DNA of 60,566 nucleotides from positions 1 through 60,566 of the forward strand of contig MNEX01000162.1 in the NCBI GenBank assembly GCA_001917905.1, written 5' to 3'. A program made the position numbers and the translations under genes. Source of the DNA: Acidobacteria bacterium 13_1_40CM_65_14 (GTDB lineage: Bacteria; Acidobacteriota; Vicinamibacteria; Vicinamibacterales; CAVVIG01). Below the pieces are notes generated by a model. It was given only the letters and a program-made list of their open reading frames with translations. It searched no databases and was not told the origin of the DNA. Of the stretch, positions 50,399 to 58,312 are shown in pieces (positions within the stretch are counted from its first letter, which is position 1; every line of letters begins with the position of its first letter).

Positions 50399-50743
50399 TT
50401 GCTTCTTGCCGCATGGCTGGACGTGGATCGGGAAAAGCGCGACAGGCGACTGAAAAAAGCGATCCTCATCACCTTCGTCCTCGCCGCCGCCAATTCGCGC
50501 TTCATCAACGGCGTGCACCACGGCTTCGTCGACTTCAGTTATCACGGATGGCATCAGGAACTGCTCACCAAACGCATCACGCCCGACGATGTGCGGTGGA
50601 TGAGCGAGCGGCTGGCGAAGTTGTCCGACGCGCAGTGGCGCGACGCGTTCCGCGCGGGCGGCTTCAATCCGCCGATCGCGGATCGGTTCGTCCGCCGTCT
50701 CAAGGCGACGATCGATGAAGGCCGGAAGCTAACGACCTCTTGA
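50399..50743 (+). CDS. hypothetical protein, possibly only the 3' fragment of a larger gene
   Basis: The ORF starts with TTG directly at the end of the 12-mer array. ..LSDAQWRDAFRAGGFNPPIADRFVRRLKATIDEG.. looks like a conserved C-terminal module I have seen in larger secreted proteins (from memory only). Confidence 0.4.
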   Translation: MLLAAWLDVDREKRDRRLKKAILITFVLAAANSRFINGVHHGFVDFSYHGWHQELLTKRITPDDVRWMSERLAKLSDAQWRDAFRAGGFNPPIADRFVRRLKATIDEGRKLTTS

Positions 50744-50825
50744 AAGCAACCGCGGAGCTCGCAGAGGTCGCCGAGAACGTTTTCTCAGCGTGCTTGGCGC
50801 GCCTCTGCGGTTATTGTTTCGTGAG
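50737..50825. repeat. C-family hairpin, copy C3, between convergent genes
   Basis: ctcttgaaagcaaccgcggagctcgcagaggtcgccgagaac-gttttctcagcgtgcttggcgcgcctctgcggttattgtttcgtgag. The plus-gene stop (50741-50743) and the minus-gene stop (50811-50813) each lie in an arm. Confidence 0.85.
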
Positions 50826-51272
50826 CGTAATGTTGCTGCTCGGAAGCTGAATCGAACAGTTGCTCGCGAGGACGGACATCGGGCCGGCCATCGTCGACAC
50901 CACTCCGACCGTGACGGTCATGGTCCCGCCTAACTGTCCCGAGCAGGTCGGCTGATTCGGGATACCGCCGGGGCCCACCGCGATGGTGTACGCGAACGAC
51001 GAACCGGTCATGGTCCCGGTCAAAAATCCGTTCAAGAGGACGGTTCCGCTGCTCAGGCTCACGAGCACGGGACCGGTCACGCCGCCGCCGGTTTGCGTAA
51101 GCGTCCAGGTCATGCGGGCGGTGAAGCCCTGAATCGTGATGTCGGAGGCCCAGCGGCCTGACACGTCAATCTGGGTCGGCGCGGGCGTGGTCGGCGTGGA
51201 CTTGTCGCCACAGGCGCCCATGAAGATCGACACGATCACGATGAGCAGTGCCGTCGTCCATCTCGAACTCAT
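50811..51272 (-). CDS. lipoprotein of unknown function
   Basis: MSSRWTTALLIVIVSIFMGACGD (lipobox), then a Thr/Gly-rich beta-type sequence. No family recognised. Confidence 0.65.
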   Translation of the reverse strand: MSSRWTTALLIVIVSIFMGACGDKSTPTTPAPTQIDVSGRWASDITIQGFTARMTWTLTQTGGGVTGPVLVSLSSGTVLLNGFLTGTMTGSSFAYTIAVGPGGIPNQPTCSGQLGGTMTVTVGVVSTMAGPMSVLASNCSIQLPSSNITLTKQ

Positions 51273-51337
51273 GAATCCCATCATTGCACGGTTCGTACCT
51301 GTGGTATCGTGCTGCCCATCAAGAGGAGGCCCCCCGA

Positions 51338-51955
51338 ATGAGAAAGCTGAGAAAGCTGAGAAAGCCGAGAACGGCGTGGGGTGTTTTCGATCGGCTGCCG
51401 CTCGCCTTCGCAGCGTGCGGGCTACTCACCAGTCCCGCGTTGGCCCAAACCACAACGACCGCGGCGTCGACGACGACCGCGGAGTTGAAGGTCGGGGACC
51501 AGGCGCCGGACTTCACGCTTCCGGCGACCGACGGCAAGACCTACACGCTCAGCAAAGATCTCAAAGGGAAGTGGGTCGTGCTCGCGTGGTTCCCGAAGGC
51601 GTTCACCGCCGGTTGAACGGCGGAATGCAACTCGCTCCGTGAGAGCGGGGGACTCATCAGAAAATACGACACCGCGTACTTCATGGTCAGCGTCGACACG
51701 TTCGCCGACAACAAGGCGTTCGCGGAGAAAGAGCATGCGGATTTCCCGCTGCTCGCCAATCCAGACAAAACCGTTGCGATGAAGTACGGCGTGATCGCGC
51801 CCGATGCGCCGCCCGAACGCCAGTTCGCGCGCCGCTGGACGTTCTATATCGATCCGACCGGCAAGATCGCGGCGATTGACAAAACGGTGAAGCCGGCCTC
51901 GTCGGGACAGGACATCGTCACGCACCTGCAAGAGCTCAAGGTTCCAGAACGTTAA
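51338..51955 (+). CDS. selenocysteine-containing peroxiredoxin (AhpC/TSA-Bcp type), exported; in-frame TGA at 51614-51616 read as Sec
   Basis: Track ORFs 51284..51616 and 51683..51955 are in the same frame with no other stop between them. The join reads WFPKAFTAG-[TGA][12 protein letters not shown]..[34 protein letters not shown]. The TGA aligns with the peroxidatic Cys of the Bcp motif FYPKAMTPGCT. AGGAGG lies 9 nt before ATG 51338. Confidence 0.8.
51631..51649 (+). promoter_or_regulatory. candidate bacterial SECIS hairpin
   Basis: CUCGCUC-CGUGA-GAGCGGG, a 7-bp stem including one G-U pair, starts 15 nt after the UGA. The apical loop contains GU. Confidence 0.6.
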
Positions 51956-52064
51956 TCGGTGTCCGCGGGCGGCGGTCGAGAGATCGCCGCCCGATCGTCA
52001 CGCGCCTCCACGTTCGCGCCCATTTTTCAACCTGCACAATCAGCGCTTTTCAGGCCATTTTTCT

Positions 52065-52094
52065 ATTGACAAATAAAATTGTCAATGTTCGAAT
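52065..52094 (+). promoter_or_regulatory. AT-rich palindromic operator overlapping a sigma-70-like promoter of the ArsR-family gene
   Basis: ATTGACAA-ataaaa-TTGTCAAT is a perfect 8-bp inverted repeat (52065-52086) containing TTGACA (52066-52071). After 17 nt comes TCGAAT (52089-52094), and the GTG start follows 6 nt later. Confidence 0.5.
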
Positions 52095-52100
52095 GCCGTC

Positions 52101-52706
52101 GTGCGCGACGTGCACGTCATTCATGATCCAGCGGCGGCGACCGCCGCGCTTGGGCCCGTCAGGAGCCGGCTGCTTTCAGAATTACGTGAGCCCGCCTCGG
52201 CCGCGGCCCTCGGCACGCGCCTCGGGATTGCGCGCCAGAAGGTCAACTATCACCTGCGAGCCCTCGAAGCGCACGGCTTGGTACGGGTGGCCGAGAAACG
52301 CAAGTGGGGTGGTCTGACGGAACGCCTGTTGGTTCGGTCGGCCGCTTCGTACGTCGTTTCGCCGAGTGCGCTGGGGCCCGCCGCCGCCACGCATCCGGGA
52401 AAAGATGCGGATCGTTTTTCCGCCAGCTATCTCATTGCGCTCGGCGCGCGCATCGTACGCGAGGTCAGCGATCTCCTCCGCCGTTCAAAGGAGATCGACA
52501 AACGCCTGCCGACCCTTGCACTGGACACCGCGATTCGGTTCCGGTCGGCGGCGGATCGCGCCGCCTTCAGCAGCGATCTCACCGACGCCGTCACGCAACT
52601 GGTGTCGCGCTACCACGATGCGTCGGCCCGCGGCGGCCGCATGCATCGCCTGGTGATCGTCGCGCACCCTCTGTCGTCTCAATCGCCCAGCAAGGAGCCA
52701 TCATGA
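52101..52706 (+). CDS. ArsR/SmtB-family winged-helix transcriptional regulator
   Basis: ..RSRLLSELREPASAAALGTRLGIARQKVNYHLRALEAHGLV.. is an HTH of ArsR type. Its stop overlaps the start of the SRPBCC gene (ATGA). Confidence 0.85.
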   Translation: MRDVHVIHDPAAATAALGPVRSRLLSELREPASAAALGTRLGIARQKVNYHLRALEAHGLVRVAEKRKWGGLTERLLVRSAASYVVSPSALGPAAATHPGKDADRFSASYLIALGARIVREVSDLLRRSKEIDKRLPTLALDTAIRFRSAADRAAFSSDLTDAVTQLVSRYHDASARGGRMHRLVIVAHPLSSQSPSKEPS

Positions 52707-53527
52707 GCGTGAGAAAAGATGCGTCTGGACGACGATCGGTCGAAGTCGAAATCGAGGTGCCTGGCACGCCCGAGGAAGTCTGGCAGACGATCGCAACAGG
52801 GCCCGGTATCTCGTCCTGGTTCGTGCCGACCGAAGTCGAAGAGCGCGACGGCGTGCCTGTCGCCGTGACATCCCACTTTGGCCCGGGCATGGACGCCGTC
52901 GCCAGCGTGACTGAATGGGACCCGCCGCGCCGGTTCGCCGCCGACGGCCAGGCGCTGGGTCCGAAGGCTCCGCCGGTCGCTACGGAGTGGATCGTCGAAG
53001 CGCGCTCGGGCGGCACGTGTGTCGTCCGGGTGATTCACAGCCTGTTTGCGAGCAGCGACGAGTGGGACGATCAGCTCGAGAGCTTCGAATCGGGCTGGGC
53101 CACATTCTTCCGCATCCTCCACCTCTATCTCACACACTTCCGCGGTCAGCGGTGCTCGGCCTTCCGCGTGATGAGCGTTGTCTCCGAACCGCCGTCGAAG
53201 GCATGGGACACGCTCACCGGTCCGCTCAACGTTGCCGGCGCGACGCCGGGTCAGCAGTGGAGGACGAGCGCCGCGCCGCGACTGTCCGGCATCGTCGAGC
53301 CGACGGGCGCGGGGGTACCTTCGCACACGCTCCTGCTCCGAGTCGACGAGCCGGCGCCGGGCATCGTCTCGGTGTTCGCGCACGCGGGAGGCCACCAGGT
53401 GTACGTCGGGATGGATTTCTTCCTGTACGGCGATGGAGCGGCGGCCGCGGTCGCACGCGACGAGCCTTTGTGGCACGCGTGGATGAATGAACAGTTCCCC
53501 CCAGTCAGTAACCTCTCGAGCGTGTGA
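52703..53527 (+). CDS. SRPBCC/AHSA1-like (activator of Hsp90 ATPase homologue) domain protein
   Basis: ..VEVEIEVPGTPEEVWQTIATGPGISSWF.., the usual partner of ArsR-type regulators. Confidence 0.8.
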   Translation: MSVRKDASGRRSVEVEIEVPGTPEEVWQTIATGPGISSWFVPTEVEERDGVPVAVTSHFGPGMDAVASVTEWDPPRRFAADGQALGPKAPPVATEWIVEARSGGTCVVRVIHSLFASSDEWDDQLESFESGWATFFRILHLYLTHFRGQRCSAFRVMSVVSEPPSKAWDTLTGPLNVAGATPGQQWRTSAAPRLSGIVEPTGAGVPSHTLLLRVDEPAPGIVSVFAHAGGHQVYVGMDFFLYGDGAAAAVARDEPLWHAWMNEQFPPVSNLSSV

Positions 53528-53540
53528 TTCTGTAAACCTC

Positions 53541-53581
53541 CCCGTGTCAGGCGGCACACGCTGTGTGCCGGCTGACACGGG
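53541..53581 (+). terminator. strong hairpin downstream of the SRPBCC gene (terminator candidate, weak U-tract)
   Basis: cccgtgtcaggcggcacac-gct-gtgtgccggctgacacggg, with 17 of 19 positions paired, followed by gattcctctc. Confidence 0.5.
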
Positions 53582-53675
53582 ATTCCTCTCACCGCAGTCA
53601 CCTAACTCCCACTGAATCATCGACTTGGTCTGTGGCTGTGCCGTTGCTCCTTTCGTCCGCAACACGGAGGATGGC

Positions 53676-54660
53676 ATGGGAACGACACGAACCACTCGAA
53701 CCGCACTCGCGGCCGCAGCACTCATCGTCATAACGCTGATCGCCGATCGCGCGCACGCGGCCGACGCACCATCCGCAACAAATCGCCATTCGGACATCCG
53801 CCGGCGATCTCGTCGGCAGCGGTCCGTTTCGGCTGGGGCCGACCGAGCCGCGCCGCATCGCGCTGCGCGCGCACGAGGACTATTGGGGCGGCCGCCCGCT
53901 CGTCGACGCGGTGCAGATTGCCGAAGGCCGCGCGCTCGGCGACCAGCTCACGTCGCTCGAGCTCGGTCGCGCCGATGTCGTGGCCGTGCGGCCGACCGAT
54001 CTCCGGCGGCTCGTCCAACGCGGCTTGCGCTCCGTCAGCTCGCGTGCGCTGGAAGCGTTTGCGCTCGTGTTCGAGCCGCATCGCGCGACGCCCGCCGATC
54101 TTCTCGTGCGACGCGCGGTCGCGACGTCGATCGACCGCGTGACGCTGTCGACGGTGTTGTTGCAGCGGCAGGCGGAACCGGCCGCGGCGCTGCTGCCGTC
54201 ATGGCTGAGCGGATACGCGCCGATGTTCCAGAGCACACCGGCGTCCGCATCGTCGCGAACCGCCATCGCGGCGCTGCCGCTCGACGAACGGCGGCTGACG
54301 CTGCGGGTCGAGGCGGCCGATCCGGTGGCGCAGGCAATCGCGGAGCGCGTGGCGGTGGATGCACGCGAAGCCGGCATCACAATCAAAGTGCAGGCGCCGG
54401 TCGGCCTCGCGCCGCGTCCCGACGTGCGGCTCGTGCGCGTCGCGTTCGACGCCACCACGCCGGACCGCGTGCTGGCGGCCATCATGGCCGCGCTCGGCTC
54501 GCGCGCGACGGCGCTGGCCACGACCGAACCCGCGCCCGCGATCGGCGCGCCGCTCGACACGGTGTATCGCGTCGAGCGCGCGCTCGTCGAACGCGACATC
54601 ATCGTGCCGATCGTGCATCTGCCGGTGCTCTACGGTCTCGGCGAGCGCGTCGAATCGTGA
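53676..54660 (+). pseudogene. family-5 (peptide/nickel type) ABC substrate-binding protein remnant: signal peptide in one frame, truncated body in another
   Basis: MGTTRTTRTALAAAALIVITLIADRAHA (frame 1). The body ..GDLVGSGPFRLGPTEPRRIALRAHEDYWGGRPLVDAVQI.. has no start codon in its own frame before 53911. The N-terminal lobe that normally precedes the GxGPF motif is missing. Confidence 0.65.
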
Positions 54661-54748
54661 AATGGACCAGCCGTGTCGCCGATCGGCGCGTGGAATCTCG
54701 CCAACGTCTGGCTGCGCAGCGCGTCCCTCCCGGACAAGCCGGACCGGC

Positions 54749-54784
54749 CCGATAGACCCGATAGACCCGATAGACCCGATAGAC
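54749..54784. repeat. 9-nt tandem repeat (CCGATAGAC) x4 ending 1 nt before the kinase start codon
   Basis: ccgatagacccgatagacccgatagacccgatagac-a-ATG. Confidence 0.95.
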
Positions 54785-54785
54785 A

Positions 54786-56570
54786 ATGACGCTGCGCACG
54801 CGCCTGTTCGCGCTCGTCAGCGCCGCGGTCGCCGTCACGGTCATCCTCGTCACGTGGGCCGTGTCGTCGAGTGCGCGCCGCGCGTTCGCGGCGCTCGACG
54901 CACAGCGGACCGCCGCGCTCGTCGCGCAGTTTCGCCGCGAGTTCACGAGTCAGGCGGAGCAGATCGCGGCCCGCGTCGAGCGGCTCGCGGCCAGTGATGC
55001 CGTGCTGCGCACGGCCAGCGACATCGCGCGATCGCGCGCCGATCGTGCGGCCTACGTCGACGAGGCCTCGTCGCTCGCCGCCTCGCAGGGGTGGGACGTG
55101 CTCGATCTCGTCGCCGAAGACGGCACGATCGTGTCGTCCGCGCAGTGGCCCGCGCGGTTCGGCTATCGGCATCCCTGGGCGACCGCATCGACCGCTGAGC
55201 GCGGCGCGTTTCTCCAGGCGATCGAATTACCGCACGAGACCGCGCTCGGTCTGGTCGCCGTCCGTAAAGTCGCCGCTCGCGACGGCGCCGTGCTCGTCTC
55301 TGGAGGGCGACGACTGGATCAGACGTTCTTGCAATCGCTCGTCCTGCCGGCCGGCATGCGGGCGTTGCTGTATCGCAACGTCGAGCCCGAGCTGTCGCGG
55401 CAGCAGTTGATCGACGCATCGGGTCAGGTGGCGCAGGCGGCCCAGCTCGAGCCGCTCATCGCGCGCGTGCGACAGAGCGGGCGCGAGGCGGCGGAAACGA
55501 TCGAATGGCCGGACGGCCCGGAACGCGTCGACGGGATCCCGCTGGCGGGTCGCGACGGCGCGGTGCTCGGCGTGCTGCTCGTCGGCAGCTCCGGCCGCGA
55601 GCTCGCGGCGCTCGTGTCGCGAATCCGCTGGAGCGGTGTGGCGTTCGGCGCGCTCGGCCTGACGTTCGGTTTCATCCTGAGCTACGTCGTCGCCGCACGC
55701 GTGACGCGCCCGGTCGAACAACTTGCGGAAGCGAGCCGCAGTGTCGCGAGGGGCGACTGGGACGTCAAGGTCGACGACATCCATGCGTCCGGCGAGATCG
55801 AGGAGCTGGCGCGCGCGTTCGACACGATGACGCGACAGCTCGTCGAAGAGCGCGAGCGGCTCATTCAGACCGAGCGCGTCGCGGCGTGGCGCGAGCTGGC
55901 GCGACGGCTGGCGCGCGAGCTCAAGAACCCGCTGTTTCCGCTGCGCGTGACCCTCGACAACCTGCGCCGCGCCAAGGCGCTGCCGGGCGCGGAGTTCGAC
56001 GAAGTGTTCGACGAGAGCCTGACGACGATGACGAGCGGGCTGGCGAATCTGAACACCGTGATCGGCCGATTCAGCGATTTCGCGCGGATGCCGCCGCCCG
56101 AGTTCGCGAGCATTTCGGTGAACGACATCGTGCGGCAGAGTGTGCAATTGTTTCGCGCGCAGCTCGACGCGCCGGATCGGCCGCCGATCGCGTTGTCGGT
56201 GGATCTCGACGAGTCGCTCGGGATGATTCGTGCGGATGCGGAGCAGCTCGCGCGCGCGGTGCAGAATCTGTTGTTGAACGCCATCGACGCGATGCCGTCC
56301 GGCGGCGAGTTGGCGATTCGCACGCGGCGTGCGAACGGCGCCGTCCACATCGAGGTGTCAGACACCGGCGAAGGCCTGACCGACGAGGAGCGTCAGCGAT
56401 TGTTCACGCCGTACTACACGACCAAGCAGCACGGCACCGGCCTCGGCCTCGCGATCGTACAGTCGGTCGTCGCCGATCACGCGGGCAAGGTCTGGGTGGA
56501 CAGCGTGCGCGGCCGCGGCGCCACGTTCCACGTGGAGATACCAGCGGCGCCTGCGACGGAAGGAAACTGA
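54786..56570 (+). CDS. NtrY/AtoS-type sensor histidine kinase homologue (periplasmic sensor, HAMP, DHp, HATPase_c) lacking the conserved H-box histidine
   Basis: HAMP ..VTRPVEQLAEASRSVARGDWDV... The DHp region reads AAWRELARRLARELKNPLFPL where relatives have ..ARRIAHEIKNPLTPI... The N box LLLNAIDAM, G1 DTGEGL and G2 GTGLGLAIV are intact. Confidence 0.85.
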   Translation: MTLRTRLFALVSAAVAVTVILVTWAVSSSARRAFAALDAQRTAALVAQFRREFTSQAEQIAARVERLAASDAVLRTASDIARSRADRAAYVDEASSLAASQGWDVLDLVAEDGTIVSSAQWPARFGYRHPWATASTAERGAFLQAIELPHETALGLVAVRKVAARDGAVLVSGGRRLDQTFLQSLVLPAGMRALLYRNVEPELSRQQLIDASGQVAQAAQLEPLIARVRQSGREAAETIEWPDGPERVDGIPLAGRDGAVLGVLLVGSSGRELAALVSRIRWSGVAFGALGLTFGFILSYVVAARVTRPVEQLAEASRSVARGDWDVKVDDIHASGEIEELARAFDTMTRQLVEERERLIQTERVAAWRELARRLARELKNPLFPLRVTLDNLRRAKALPGAEFDEVFDESLTTMTSGLANLNTVIGRFSDFARMPPPEFASISVNDIVRQSVQLFRAQLDAPDRPPIALSVDLDESLGMIRADAEQLARAVQNLLLNAIDAMPSGGELAIRTRRANGAVHIEVSDTGEGLTDEERQRLFTPYYTTKQHGTGLGLAIVQSVVADHAGKVWVDSVRGRGATFHVEIPAAPATEGN

Positions 56571-56573
56571 GTT

Positions 56574-56815
56574 GACGGAGATAACGGAAACGGAGGAGGA
56601 CGGAGGCAACGGATTCACAAACGGAGGAACGGAGCCAACGGAGGACGAACGGAGAAGAGTTTCCTTTCATGCCGAAACGAAAGGAAACGCCGATCGGTTC
56701 GACGCGCGCCGCGCAGCGGCGCCCGTGGCCGGATCGGCCGCGCGGTGGGCCTGCTTCGCAGGCCACGCGTCGAACCGAGGCGCTCCGTTCCTCCGTTCCT
56801 CCATGTTTGTTTTGT
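56574..56815. repeat. structured 240-nt spacer between kinase and regulator genes: (ACGGAGG)-type repeat arm, two internal perfect stems, CCTCC-rich closing arm
   Basis: Left arm acggagataacggaaacggaggaggacggaggcaacgg..aacggaggaacggagccaacggaggacgaacggag. Inner stems are gtttcctttc/gaaaggaaac (56659-56688) and ggttcgacgcg/cgcgtcgaacc (56696-56779). Right arm gctccgttcctccgttcctccatg. Confidence 0.85.
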
Positions 56816-56849
56816 TCAGCGTTTCGGGTGCGCCGGGAATGGAAAAAGA

Positions 56850-58196
<1,347 letters not shown>

Positions 58197-58214
<18 letters not shown>

Positions 58215-58312
58215 TCGGGTAATTGGGTAATTGGATTGGGGAATTGGGATACGAGACTGCGGTCAATCCACAATCAATTACCCGATTACCCGATTACCCG
58301 ATCATCCAATTC
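58197..58312. repeat. hairpin with (GGGTAATYG)-type repeat arms between convergent genes
   Basis: gaatcgggtaattgggtaatcgggtaattgggtaattggattgg...caatccacaatcaattacccgattacccgattacccgatcatccaattc. The regulator stop (58212-58214) lies in the left arm and the kinase-TPR stop (58302-58304) in the right arm. Confidence 0.9.

Noticed and set aside
50186-50554. N-terminal extension of the PIG-L ORF containing VRLAVRLTVRL repeats, which resemble a leucine-rich repeat
   Set aside because: It is simply the translation of the 12-nt microsatellite. The deacetylase has its own Met plus signal peptide at 50185.
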